A stretch of DNA of 57,682 nucleotides from Girardia tigrina (Eukaryota): positions 1-57,682 of the forward strand of contig MQRK01246496.1 in assembly GCA_001938485.1 (NCBI GenBank), read 5' to 3'. Within the stretch, counting starts at the first letter, position 1. Each line of letters opens with the position of its first letter. Position numbers and translations under genes: made by a program. This document shows, piece by piece, positions 40,511 to 53,587 of the stretch. The notes below the pieces were generated by a model. That model was not told the DNA's origin, ran no database searches, and was given only the letters and a program-made list of their open reading frames with translations.

Positions 40511-40940
40511 ACATTTATTACTTTCACAATTTTGATCATCTCGATGACAATCAATAGTATTGCTTTCACTTAAATTCATCACTCAAAGTTTAATACTTCT
40601 CATCCAAAATCTAAACTAACCTGTAAAGAATTATTTTATTTAAACTATTTAATTGAAATTTTATTGGTTAACATAAAATTTCTTTTTATAATTATTTAAA
40701 ACATTATTTGATTTAATTATTTAAAAATTTACAAAAATAAAATTATTTAAAATTTCCAATAAAAATAAATTTAAAATTTGAATATTAAATCTAAATTTGA
40801 ATAAATTAGTTTCAGATTATAAGATTTAAGACATTAATAATTCATCTGATAAGGAGAGATACAATCCCAAATCAACACACAACATTTAAACATGCAAACA
40901 ATACAAAAAACATCAACATACAAAATATTCTTCTCAAGAA
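40511..40940 (-). mobile_element. Solo-LTR-like family X copy (degenerate)
   Basis: ggattgtatctctccttatcagatgaatt motif and aaattgtga..aataaatgt 3' motif on minus strand. Confidence 0.5.
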
Positions 40941-40974
40941 ACTTTAATATAAGAATATTTGGAATATATATTAT

Positions 40975-42350
40975 ATTATTAAAATCAAGAACGCCATTAA
41001 AATCAAATTTTACTGTCGCAATATATTTCGGTGGATTCTCCACCATTTTCAGGCTGAATTAGCAACAATTTTGCTGTCTTATATATAGAAAATTGATGAT
41101 TACACAAACCTCTTATGTAATAATTAATTTAATATTTTCAACAAATTGGAAGAGACTTGTTTGGACATTAATGGACAGATTAAGAGATTTAATCAATAAT
41201 GCTTTATGTGAGGAATATTTTTGAATGGTGTTTATTGTATGTTGTTTGGTATGTTGTTTTAGAATTGTGTTTCTCCCTCCCAGAGAGAAGATTGATATCT
41301 TAAATATTTTAAAACTTCGAGTTGTTTAATCAATTATTAAAAGTTAAATAATCACTTTAAAATTAAACTAATATTTCATAAATAATATTTTAATAATAAT
41401 TTCTTNNNNNNNNNNNNNNNNNNNNNNNNNNNNNNNNNNNNNNNNNNNNNNNNNNAAACTAATATTTCATAAATAATATTTTAATAATAATTTCTTAAAA
41501 TAAATAAAAATTATTTTAAATTTCAATTATAAATAATTTTTGTAATAATTAAATAATAATTTAAAGTATAAATTATTTTTGTAATGATTAAATTGTATTT
41601 TAAATTTGTTTGAATAATAAGACGTTAAAGAATATTATTAAAGATTATCAATCAAGAACAATGACGAGGTACGCAAGTTTTACGGAGAATTGTTGTAGTG
41701 ACAATTCAAATTGTGATAATAATAAATGTAAAGGAAACTCAATTAATGTTCTTAATACTTCACAAGTAACTCTTTCGCAATAAATTTTAAAATTATTGCA
41801 CAATATTTTAAAATGAGTTGTTTCACCTCCGATATATAAACCTTCATATGTCCAGCAATATTACTCCCATTACCCAAGAGTCCATGCTCCTAAATCCGTT
41901 TACAGAGATGACGAGACGCCTCTCCAATGTATGTGGCGTTGCACCCATAACACGAATATTGATAAACCAGATTGGAACATAAACTCAAAGGAGTACGAGA
42001 TTTTTTGCTGAACATACTTTGAATTTTGTAAGATTTAGAAATGATTTTTAAATTCAAATTTTTACCATCGATTGATTTTAAAATAGACGATTAAAATTTT
42101 TTGTAACCTTCTGAATAAGGAACGATTAGCGTATATTCAGTATTGGAATTTTTATTAGATAATTTATTTGGTTTTTAATTCTTCTTTACCCTCATGTTCT
42201 TTATTCATTAATTTATCTATCGTCTCATTAGTTAGTTTCTCTAAAAATGATTTCAAATAGCCATTTTTCTGCAATAGTTCTCTTAGATTATCTATGCTTG
42301 CATTTGCTTTTTCATATGTTGATGATAGAGACCATCACCTAAATAAAAAA
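40975..42350 (-). mobile_element. Penelope-like element 3' part (GIY-YIG endonuclease, hammerhead), interrupted by family X
   Basis: CSNLVYQYSCYGCNATYIGEASRHLCKRI*EH; ERVTCE|ALLIKSLN..INVQTS; hammerhead-like core at 41018-41055. Confidence 0.85.
41207..41757 (+). mobile_element. Solo-LTR-like family X copy with boundaries defined by the host element
   Basis: TGTGAGG start, ..cttaaTA end, 5-bp TSD cttta/cttca; removal restores Penelope TCEALLIK. Confidence 0.7.
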
Positions 42351-42399
42351 CCTTTTTTCATACTTCTATTATACTAAGGTTCATAAAAATTATCTAATG

Positions 42400-42605
42400 A
42401 AACTACTAATTTTAAAAAATATTGGGAAAGAGTTACTTGTGAAGTATTATTGATTAAATCATTTAATCCGTCCATTAATGTCCAAACAAGTCTCTTCCAA
42501 TTTGTTGAAAATATTTAATTATTTATTACGCAAGATGGTTTAAAATCCACAGAAATATGGTGTGACAATAAAATTTGATTTAAATGGCGTTCTTGATTTT
42601 AATAA
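42400..42605 (+). mobile_element. Inverted Penelope pseudo-LTR partner
   Basis: YWERVTCEVLLIKSFNPSINVQTS plus 3' UTR matching 40975-41200 in reverse. Confidence 0.8.
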
Positions 42606-44629
42606 AATTTGCCATTATTTTTTAAATTTTTTATTAAATATTATATTATGTTTATTTATTTATAATAATTATTTATCCTTGCAATACTCACTTCTAATAA
42701 TCTATTACAGAAAGTTTAATTTGTAAATAATTTAATGACAACTATTTTTTTTATATTTGATTATTTCAACATTGCTTGTGAAGTAAATTGTTCAGGTTTT
42801 ATTGCATATTGTAAAAATGCGTTGATATACTATTACTACTTGTGAGAATATGTCAACTCACTTTTATTTGTTGTAAATATAAAAATTATATTATTAAATC
42901 AAATTGATATAAATAAATTATATTAACAAATAAACAGTAGATAACAGGTATATCAAAAAGAAGATACAAATTAGGATCACTAAAGACAAGAAAGAAGGTC
43001 TTTAGGAAGAATGTTATGAATTAATTTTATGGTAGGATTTTATCGTTGTAATTGATGTAGAGGTTAATTGATCCGTTTGACGGGAAGATTGAGGAGAAGA
43101 TTTGGATTTGAATATAAACGGGGAAAGAGATATAAAGCGATACTGTTAAATCCGAGTGAGTTTTTATCATTCAATGTTTTAGCATTCCAAGCGGAGTTGT
43201 GATAAACATAATGGCGATCGATCTAGCATTACATCGCAACACCGTTGAATCCAATAAAGTGAATTGTCGTAACGACTACCGTAAATAATTACGATTTATA
43301 AAGTCTATAAAGTTTACGATTATAATAATTCATTAATCGGTAGTTTTATTAAAATAAAAAATATATATAAATACTTATAATATATAAATAAATAATAAAA
43401 GACCACTAACATTTTTTGTTATAAATTACATATTATAAATAATTTAATTTAATTTTGATTATGATTTTGTATAGATAACTGCATGAATTGTTTAAACACC
43501 CAAACGAAACGGTATCCATATTTCTTGTTTTATATTATATAAAACAGCATTTTATATAAAACTTACTTGAACAGCTATAAATAATGCCAAATTTTCTTTA
43601 TGAATATTTAAATTCTCTGTGTTTCAACATACTTTCCTCATTAATTTTGATTGACACTTCCTTCTTTTTGATAATCCTTTTATTTAATGTGATTCAATAA
43701 ATATTGAATAATTGTAAAAATCTAAACAAAAACATTTTCACCTTAGCTACTAAGATAACAATATTGTTAAAAATGCATTTTGTAACAACTTTTTGACACG
43801 AAAAACCGGAATATGAATATTTAAATACATAAAATTCACTACCAAACATAATTTTATTAAAAGTTTGTTTATTGAATTGGATAATAAAAAAATATATTTA
43901 TTAGATTTCTATATTAATTTTCAATTTTTGATGTTCATTTTCCAAATTAAAAAATGTTTAATTCAAAAAGCGAAAAGTATCAATGTTGTATAGTTTCTTC
44001 ATTTTTCATTTTTTGTTCAGATGAAAAAATGTTCAATTTAAAATGGTTGACTGATTGTCGTTTATAAAAATTTCTTTGTAGAATCACAGTATTTTACTAA
44101 CTTTAAATTCAAAATAAATCTCGTCCTAAAAACATCTCAAAAAAGTAATATTCTCTTTCTCTAAACATTGATATTTTAAAATATCTTTATTACACTTTCT
44201 TGCCACTTACTAAAACACGTTTTATAAATATTGTTAACATAACATTAATTAATAACTGTGATGAAACTTTTGTTAACAACCCATTAAATTAATAATATAT
44301 TTTGAATTGGTTAATGTTTTATAGAAATGTCTAAAATAGATGTCTTTTGACACTCATTAATCTAAATTTGTTTTTATTGTATTTAATTTTCTATGCCTTT
44401 TCTTGTAGTTATGAAGTAACTAATTTATTAAATTTCATTCTTTTCGAAGTTACATTTGTTCCTATTTAATTTTCAATAGTAAAACACAACCTGACTTTTT
44501 TTAATTGACAAATTTGTAATCACTAAATAATTGTGATTTTAAAAATTTCTCTTAAATCGGGGTATGATTTACTTGATATGATATTGCTTTGAAAAAGACT
44601 ATTTTCATCATATTTGATATTGATAGGTG

Positions 44630-45101
44630 TGAATCATTTTATCTTCAGCATCAGGGATCAACTAAAAAGCCAGACAGACATACTTCCACGTGATGTCCCT
44701 GGGGAAACTAGATTGGGTAGATTTTCTGGGAAACCGGAATATACTCCGTATCTATGTGAAAATGTCTGAAAAGCTAGCCGATATCTGAGCCGATAGAATA
44801 TTGTAGTACCAGTGGACCAGCAATCCACTTTCAAGACATTAGCTTCAAATCTAGGTGTTACGGCTGTGGGGAGTCGTGACCCCTTCGGAGATAGCATTGC
44901 AATGAGTCTCGATGAAGCAATCTTGATAAGCAATGTTACCATGATGTCGATTATCTGGCGGAGCAGTACCAAGTCAACCCCTGCATATGGGGTTGTTTTC
45001 ATGAAGTCATCATCAGCATCCCAGGCCTCCTAAGAAATCCCGGGCTTAACACTTTATAGAATGAGAAGTTCATCTTCAGCATACTGTTGTTCTTCGTTCA
45101 T
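44630..45101 (-). pseudogene. Decayed non-TE coding fragment; candidate endogenous viral nucleoprotein (Phenuiviridae/bunyavirus-like)
   Basis: GC-elevated, intronless; in-frame ATG at 45101, two stops (TAA, TAG), then 114-aa ORF; loose motif resemblance only. Confidence 0.3.
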
Positions 45102-45244
45102 TTCTAATTTATTGTCTTGATATTGTCATTTGCTCCTTCAGTCTAAAAAGTTTGATATTGTCGTTTTATCCTTCCTTTGTTCAAATTTAATTATTTTTTA
45201 TATTATTATTTTCCCATATCAAAATGCGAAAGCTAATTGAAAAT

Positions 45245-45284
45245 ATTTATTAATTTCGACGGTTTAACCGTCATCGTCAGAACA
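45245..45284 (-). ncRNA. Minimal type-I hammerhead ribozyme, intact core
   Basis: Minus strand: tgtt-CTGACGA-T-GACGG-ttaaa-CCGTC-GAAA-TTAATA-aata; palindromic stem III (ATTAAT). Confidence 0.75.
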
Positions 45285-45738
45285 AATGATTTTTCAAGCA
45301 AAATTTACTTATATAGCGCAGTTAATGAATATGCAATCAATGCGTAATCATTACATCATTTAAAAACTCTCAACAAAGTTGTAGAGAGTGCAGTTTGAAC
45401 GTTAATTTTAGGATCCAAAGATCTTCTATATAACGCTTCACGTGTCACTCTCTCCCAATAATTTTTAAATTGAGTGCACAGAATTTTAAAGTGTTGTGAA
45501 GTTATATCTCCTTTACAATGTCTTCTATGTCATGCAATGTTACTTCCACCTTCATTGCGACTGTGTTCCTGGATTCTCTTACAGAGATGACGGGAAGTCT
45601 CTCCAATATATGTGGCGTTACACCCATTACATGTATATTACATCTAACGCTTAAGCTTTAGATAATGCAATAAGTTTAAAAGTAATATCCCGGACCCAGA
45701 AAATTGAAAGCCTGTTTGGAAATAAATCTCCAACGCCA

Positions 45739-46050
45739 TTGGGATTGTGTTCGGATCTTATTTACCAATATACATGTAATGGGTGTAACGCCACATACAT
45801 TGGAGAGACTTCACGTCATCTCTGTAAGAGAATCCAGGAACACAGTCACAATGAAGGTGGAAGTAACATTGCAGGACATAGAAGACATTGTAAAGTAGAT
45901 ATAAATTCACAACACTTTAAAATTCTGTGCACTCAATTTAAGAATTATTGGGAGAGAGTGACATGTGAAGCGTTATATATAAGATCTTTGGATCCTAAAA
46001 TTAACGTTCAAACTGCACTCTCTACAACTTTGTTGAGAGTTTTTAAATGA
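45739..46050 (+). CDS. Penelope GIY-YIG endonuclease C-terminal fragment (5'-truncated)
   Basis: LIYQYTCNGCNATYIGETSRHLCKRIQEH..H..H..E.LYI..P.IN. Confidence 0.88.
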   Translation: MGLCSDLIYQYTCNGCNATYIGETSRHLCKRIQEHSHNEGGSNIAGHRRHCKVDINSQHFKILCTQFKNYWERVTCEALYIRSLDPKINVQTALSTTLLRVFK

Positions 46051-46121
46051 TGTACTGATTACGCATTGATTACATAATCATTAACTGCACTATATAAGTA
46101 AATTCCGTTTGAAAAATTATT

Positions 46122-46163
46122 TATTCTGACAATGACGGTTAAACCGTCGAAATTAATAAATAT
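46122..46163 (+). ncRNA. Minimal hammerhead ribozyme, mutated core (CTGACAA)
   Basis: tatt-CTGACAA-T-GACGG-ttaaa-CCGTC-GAAA-TTAATA-aata. Confidence 0.6.
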
Positions 46164-47319
46164 TTTCAATTGGCTTTCGAATTTTGATTTTAATAATCTG
46201 CCAATTTTTTTTCAATTTATTCACAATTATTTTCACATATGCCCTCTTTTTTAGTGTGAATTTGTCTTAAGTATTTGAGAACCCTTTTATTATTTTTTTC
46301 TATTGAGCCGACGTTTACAACTTTATCAAACATATAAAACTCGATTAATAAAGTATGAATACTATTTTAATCAATTATGGGATTGTCTGATGATGAATAT
46401 TACGTTAAAATGGGTTTTAATTATTTTATATTGAATTCACATTTTAAAAAATGATTTATCATTATTTTGTAAGGTGGTTCAAACTACGAAATGTTTTTTA
46501 ACCAAAAAAAATTTTATTATTATTGTAGATCTCAATTATTTCGACATGATTTGCTTATGGAAATCTAAGAAAATAATGTACATCAACACAGTCAAGAAAT
46601 TATTCTGCCATCAAATGATATTAAAAATTTCATAAAATATGTTTCTAGAAAGAGTGTATACTATTACTTCTCGAGTAATCAAACCTTGAATGTATTTTAA
46701 CAAGGAAAGGTTAAAATTATTGTTTAAATAAGTTGTCAGAAAATAAAGTTCTAATGAAACGATAAATATGTATAAATTGAAATTTTTGTTTGTTTTAACA
46801 GTCATTTTGATGTCTTTTTCTATTAACAGCAAGTGCAACACGTGATAGAAGAAAATTAGTGAAAATTCAAAGAAACAAGAAATATAATCGGAGACGACAA
46901 TCGATAAATTATTTCCAACGCATTCGCATATGTATCGCCGATAAATGCGGCCTCGTAGATCTCACTAATCACAATTTTGCCCAGGTTTGTTACTTTGTAC
47001 TATTGACTCACCACTTCCTATCATTGCTCTACTCTGATTGATTATTTGTCTTTATTAAACAAATTCAACTGAATGATTACAAGCACTTTCATTCATTTTA
47101 TAAATAGAAATACAAATAAAAAAAATAAATTCGTTAATTATTGTCGAAAAATATTTTATTAGTTGAAATATTGTATTGATTTAAAAAAATATTAAAAATA
47201 TTTCCCTTTTGAATAAAATTTTGATAATTTTATAAAATTATTGCAGATGAACAGAGAACTTCAGTTGATTGTATTTTATGAAATTGATACAGCTTTTAAT
47301 ACATATCTGTAATTAAGTT

Positions 47320-47790
47320 TGTGAGGGATAATTTGGAATGTTGTAAGTTTGTTGTTTGTATGCTGTTTAGATTTGTGACTCTCCTACTCAGATGGGATTG
47401 ATATGTTTATTGATTGATTATTTGAATCTAATGAAATTAATTTAATGATATTAATTTTAAGTACTAATTAATTAAAGTTTTATAATTATGAATTTTAATA
47501 ACATTTTTAGTAAACGATTTTAACTTATTAAATTTAATATATTTTAAAAATTAATGTTTATTTAAAAAATTACATAATACCTTTTTATCCAATAAAACTA
47601 TAAGAAATTAAAAGTTAATATTAAGAAATTTCCCATTCATTGTTTTTTTTAGATTTGAATACATAAACAAAAACTATATCAATCAAAGAAAGATGACCTC
47701 TGAAAATTGTTATGAAGAATCTGTTTGTGTTGTCAATAAATGTTTAAATTCAAATTGTGATGTTGTTAATAAAGTTCTTTAATTGTGATT
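47320..47790 (+). mobile_element. Solo-LTR-like family X copy
   Basis: TGTGAGGG start, ttgtgactctcctactcagatgggatt motif, aataaatgtttaaa 3' motif; right end uncertain. Confidence 0.55.
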
Positions 47791-48479
47791 CATTAATTTC
47801 TTTTAATTAAATAAAATATATTTAATTAATTAATTATTGTTTAATAACATAAAAATTCTATCCAATATTTACAAAGTTATAAAAATCATAAATAATAAAA
47901 GTAATAATCAATAAATTAACATTTTTTAGTTATTTTTTTATTTTTATGTGTATTTTTTAATTCTTTTGATTTTGTCAACAATTACAATTATTGTTAACAA
48001 TTATATCATTATTAGTTTTTATTTTCATAATCAATGTTTTCTTATTTTGACTCTCTTTTCTCTAACCATTTTTTAAACTTACTAACTTTTATTCCTCAGT
48101 TATTTCATTTATTATTGTAACACAAATTTAATATAAACTAAGATATTTTTACAAAATATTCAATCCATGCAGTGGCGTAGACAGAAGTTTACTGTGGGTG
48201 GTTGTCAAAATCTGTTCATAAAGTTTATGCGACTTAAGTGACTTTATGTCAAACTAATTAACTCTTCCAGTAATTCATGAGCAAAAAGAAAGAAAAAATT
48301 CTTGGCAAAATAGAGTTCTGCCAGCATAAAGAATAGATATGTTTTTGATTTACTAGTATTGAAAAAAGGTATGTACAGTCAGAATGTACAGTCTTATCCG
48401 TCGGGGTCGGTTTTTTTGAAAGTGTGCCGGATTGAGAGGGTGACAGACATGAGAGGTCGTTTTCAATGGCGATTTGAAT

Positions 48480-48955
48480 CATGTTTGAATCATGTTTTTC
48501 TCAAATAGTTTAAAACCCTTTTTGTGGTCCATCTTTAGCTTCTGGGCGATACTACGACTACTAAATTGCCGGTCAACTCCGACCATGGCCGAGATTTTAT
48601 CCACATTTTAGACGATGGGTATGTCTGTGCGAGATGCATCTTTCACATCAAAAATGCATCCACGGAATCGGCGAAACCAAAATTGCGTGTAATGAGCTGT
48701 AACAGTATTTGCACCATAAACAGCATTCCCAATCGCAGCCGCATGGCTTGCATTTACGCCTTTAAAGAATAAAAACTGTAAAATGTACTGAATATTTTCT
48801 TTGTTGACTTCAGTTTTTAACATCCTGTAACTCAGAACTGAATAAAAAAAAGCAAAAAAAAAATTACTGTGAAATTTTACCATGACAAAGCATAAATTTT
48901 AAATTGTTTGATCGATAATGTGTTAAAATAATGTATTACTCTTTCCCCAACCTAA
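48480..48955 (-). mobile_element. Mariner 5' fragment
   Basis: TIR ttaggttgggg on minus strand; ENIQYILQFLFFKG..QFWFRRFR..DVKDASR. Confidence 0.85.
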
Positions 48956-51535
48956 TATTTTGTATATGCTAAATATACATAAAATATATAAAATAAATAT
49001 ATTTTTTACTTGTATTATCCAGATAAACAATATTTTACGACCGGTAAATGTTAGATCTAAATCAAACTAACTTAATCTCAAACGAAAATTAATAATCTTT
49101 GTTTTATTCTTCTCTAAAGAATAAAACTTAATGAAAATTCGATACTCAGAATATTATAATTCAATAATATATTAAAGTTATTAAATATTTATCTTTTATA
49201 TATTAATTAAATTATTTATTGAATCAAATATCACTGCAGGCTTTTCATATTTTTTGAGAAATTTTCATTCACAAATGGAAAATTTTAACATATGATAAAC
49301 ATTTCATTTATTTTCCTGTATTCTATAAAATATAAATAATGGCTTATTTCTGGGCTATGTGAGCATTAATTTGCCGAAATTTTGTTTTGTTTTTTTATGA
49401 TTTATTAATAAATAATATGCATATGAACCAAAATAATATCTGCTTTCATGATTAATACTGATTACTTTTTACAGTTTAATTAAGTTCATCAGTTTATGTT
49501 TCGTTTCCCTTTTATACATGTAGCCTTACGTTGATATTCGTGCGTTTCTCTTCTCTCATTTTATGTGAGTTAATAGATCGAGTTTAGATTTAACAGTTGC
49601 ACTTCGAAAAATGCTTTTCGCAGTAAACTGTAACTGTTTCGGAATTTTAAATTATTTATATTTTGTTATTTGTATTTATATGTCAAGTATTCTCCTGTCC
49701 AAAGACTATTCAATCATATCGGTTTTTAAATGACAATAGCTACTCTGTTATCGCTTAATTTATGTTCTTATTTATAAAAAGAAGATAAATAATGACATGT
49801 AAAATTATAAAAAATAATCGAGTTAAAATAATGCAAAATAATTTAGTGATATTATTGGTTATTTGAATATTATAAAACTACTAGAAGTTGTCCCATTATC
49901 AATCCAAGCTAAGTAGTTTTGTGAGAATGTGCCACCTGGAGAGAAAGATGAGATAGTTGGTCAACCAATCAGAGCAAGCCTGATGAGAGGTGAAAAATGT
50001 TGTGATTTTGAAATCACTACTTTTATTTTTTAAATATGATTTGTTGAATTGTCATTTTTCGACGAAATTTTTTTAATTTCATGATATAGAATTCTGTGTA
50101 CGAAAATTTTTTTTGAAACGAAATATTAACTGACGAAAAATTAACGATTTAATTAGTACAAATTAGGTTTCTTTGTTGATCTGATTTGATATTTTTTTAC
50201 GAATACTATTTTCAAACATTTTGAATTACAAATATTTTCTAACTATTAAAATAACTGAAATATGACATGAAATTGTTATTCGAATTTTTAATACGAAATT
50301 ATTAATTTTTATTTATGATTTGTCGAAAGGTTTTTTGTTGAAACGAATTTATTTGGTGTGATAAAGTGAAGACATTAATTTTTTTTGTTTAAATCGACAG
50401 TTCGAGCAGATACAGAAATATTTGAATAAATCAACATTTTGATTTATCGAACATTGAAACTTTTACCGAAATGTACGAATACAAATTAAACGATTTTTTT
50501 ACATTTACGAATTACCATTTGACTGAAATTATTTATTGTTTTTGATTTTGATTATTGCAAAATTAAAAGGAGGAAAATCTCATTAATGATCAATTTAAAT
50601 AATATATAATGGGACCAGCACGAAATTTCCAAGTATCAAATCCGCTGTGTCTCTGCAACCACCGTCCAGTATTCGGGGCAACTTCGAGATTGGATGGGAC
50701 AATAACTGATTAAAATTTATAATTCAAAATATACAAAATATGTAACCCATAGTAAAATCATCCTTTCGAAAACTAATATATATGTATATATGTAAATTAA
50801 ATAAGTAACATAAATAGAAAATTAAATAAAAATATAGATTGAAAAATAATTGAAATATTTGTAAGGTATCAGATCAATATTCTATAATTCGAAATAAATT
50901 AATAATCATTTGTGATTTTATTTTCAAATGAATCCATATGAATAAATTAGACAATATAACAATCACTCTTCTAAGAAATATCAAACTAAAATACCATATT
51001 TATTAATAACTTTCCTTAAAATTATTTTGTTATTGTTTCAAAATTTTAAATATCTTTATTAAAATAATTTTACTTATTGATATTTATACTCCGACGTTCT
51101 TTCATTCAAATGTTCAAATTCTAGTTTTATCATTCTCGTTAATCAGAATATTTCTACTCTATTTTAAGACTCAGAATCTCATGAGAGAGGATCTAGTATA
51201 TGATATAGTATATGCTGGCAGCATCCGATGTACTGAGGGATAAATCCATAGGTCTGTCTGCAATGTCTTTGTTAACGAATGTTAATATTTTAATTTCAAT
51301 ATTTAAATTTTAATATATAAAATTTAATATTTAATTTAAAGATAACTTGATTTCTAAAATTTGCTTTCTAATCCACAATAAAATTGGTTTGAGGCTGCGT
51401 GCCATTGGAAATTGCTTGGTGTGCCATAGGTTACCGATGTACTTAAAATTTTTATATTAAATATTGTTAATTTAAAATTCATTTATTTTAAAAATATTGA
51501 ACTAAAATTATTTTTTTTAATTTGGTAGGAAAGTA

Positions 51536-53580
51536 TGGAAGAGTTGCCAAAGAAAAGGAAACTTGATCAACGCCCATTTCAAGAAAATTGGACAAATGAA
51601 TATGGCTTTGTAGAACAGAATGATCGTGCTGTTTGTGCTTTCTGTTGCGACAGTGTTGTGTCGCGCATCGAGTGTACAAAGACACTTTCAAACTAAACAT
51701 CAATCTAAGAGATAAGTGAAGAAGAGAAGAAGAGAAAAGTGAAGCCATCAACAAAGCTATTTTTGGTTTCAAAAAACAAATTGGTATTTGGAGACACGCA
51801 GTTGGAACGAAGAATCGGGCAACTGAATGTAGCTACAAAATAACTGAATGTGTGGCTTTGAAAGGTAAACCTTTTACAGACGGAGAATACATCAAAGAAA
51901 CTTTTTTGTGCAGTGCTGAAATTTCGTTCAATGATTTACAAAATAATGAGGTTATATTCTCTAGAATTAGAGAAATACCGGTTTCTGCAAGATCAATTGA
52001 AAGGTGCATTACTGACTTGGCTGAAAATGTAACAACTAAACAAACAAATACATTAACTCATTAACGCCGAACGGGAACATTCGTGCCCTGCTAATAAAAA
52101 TGGCTGTAAAAGTAAAGACATTGCATTTAGCTATGTGTTGTTGATAAGGTGTGTACTCTGAAAGTTCAGAACACATACGGAACATGTTTTGTTTCTCTGT
52201 CACCAGGCATTATGAAAAATTATGGAAAATTATGAAAAATTCATATTACATAATTCTCGGCAGTAATGGGTTAAACAATCCCAAATATTTAGTGTCGCTC
52301 TTGACGAAAGCTCAGATTTAAATGATTTGTCCCACTTAGCTGTAGTAGCAAGATATCATGAGAATAATCGCATTTATGAAGAGTTATGCTGCTTATTATC
52401 CCTTCATAATACAACCAAAGCAGAAGATATTTTGACTGCATTTATTAGTTATTTTGCTAAACATGACATCGACTTGAACAAACTTTTCTGTGTGACAACC
52501 GATGGTGCAGCTGCAATGGTTGGAAAGAAGAAATGCTTTGTAAAACTTCTTGAAAATCATGTTTGACGCAAATTGTTAAATTTTCTCTAAATTTGGTCTC
52601 AGTTATGAAAAATGTTGTTAAGATAATCAACTTTCTGGTTTCTAATTCTTCACTGGTTCACAGGCGATTCAATTCTCTTCTACAAGAAATTGAGTGTGAA
52701 TATGGAAATCTTCTGTTAGACAACAATGTTCACTGGCTTAGTTGAGGAAAAGTTTTAACTAGATTTGTCTGTTGTCTTGAAGCTATTAAGATGTTTCTTG
52801 ATGAAAAACATAAAATTTTTCCTGAATTGAATGATGTAAACTGGTTGTTAAAGTTGGTGTTTCTGACTGACATAAATACACATTTAAATGAGCTGGTTTT
52901 GAAACTACAATGACATGGTCAAACAGTTCTTGATCTTTTCAGTTATTGGAAAGCATTTACAATAAAATTCGACATTTATACTCATGACATCTGCATAAAA
53001 GCATTCAAATACTTCCCAAATGTGAAAAATCATTCAAATAAGTTTGAAGTGAATATAGATGACCTTCAGGAGTACATTGAAGCACTCAAAGTAGAATTTG
53101 ATAAACGATGTCACAAACGACTTCCACATTCATGGACCCTCATTTTCATACTTCATTAAGCCAGACATGCATAATTTGACAAGTATCCAATTTGAAATTT
53201 TTAGTTTCATGGATATTGATGATTTGGAAATGCAACAGGTTGAATTTAGGTCTTCAGAAATATGGATACAAAAATTTGTTGAACTAAGGAAGTGTTTGGA
53301 AGACGAAAATTTAGAAAAGTCTAGTGCTATTCTCAACTGTTGGACATCTCTCCCGAAATCTTTGATTTGTTTAAAGAAAATTGCTTTTGCTCTTCTTTCG
53401 GCTTTTGGTTCAACTTATTCCTGTGAGCAAATTTTCTCTCACGTGAATGAAGTGTTAAGTCCACAACGAAGTTGCCTAACACCTGAACATTTAGAAAATT
53501 GTGTAAAACTGAAAGTAACAAAATATGTTACTGACATTGAGCACTTATCTAAAACCATGCAAGGTCAAGGCTCTCATTAA
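51536..53580 (+). pseudogene. hAT (Charlie/SPIN, GTF2IRD2-like) transposase, decayed
   Basis: KPFTDGEYIKE, FSVALDES, TTDGAAAMVG, VHWLS, FGSTYSCEQIFS, terminal QGQGSH. Confidence 0.92.
52057..52270. mobile_element. TTAA-specific (piggyBac-type) MITE in the hAT transposase
   Basis: TTAA-ctcattaacgccga ... tcggcagtaatggg-TTAA. Confidence 0.85.
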
Positions 53581-53587
53581 TACTTAT

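Larger units (their letters stand above)
45218..46188. mobile_element. Penelope-like inverted pair (arms ~45218-45639 and ~45767-46188)
   Basis: ~420-bp arms are reverse complements; GIY-YIG ORF end present in both. Confidence 0.9.

Noticed and set aside
41365-41496. ~40-bp direct repeat on both sides of a 50-N gap
   Set aside because: Typical unmerged contig overlap, not a biological repeat.
42940-43325. Possible additional solo LTR (TATA and AATAAA in purine-rich DNA)
   Set aside because: Could not define TG..CA ends or a TSD.
45030-45060. In-frame TAA/TAG as evidence of an alternative genetic code
   Set aside because: Transposase ORFs in the window end normally at TAA/TAG; the stops are better explained as mutations.
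49975-50000. CTGATGAgaggtGAAA
   Set aside because: No stem II or stem I pairing; likely chance.
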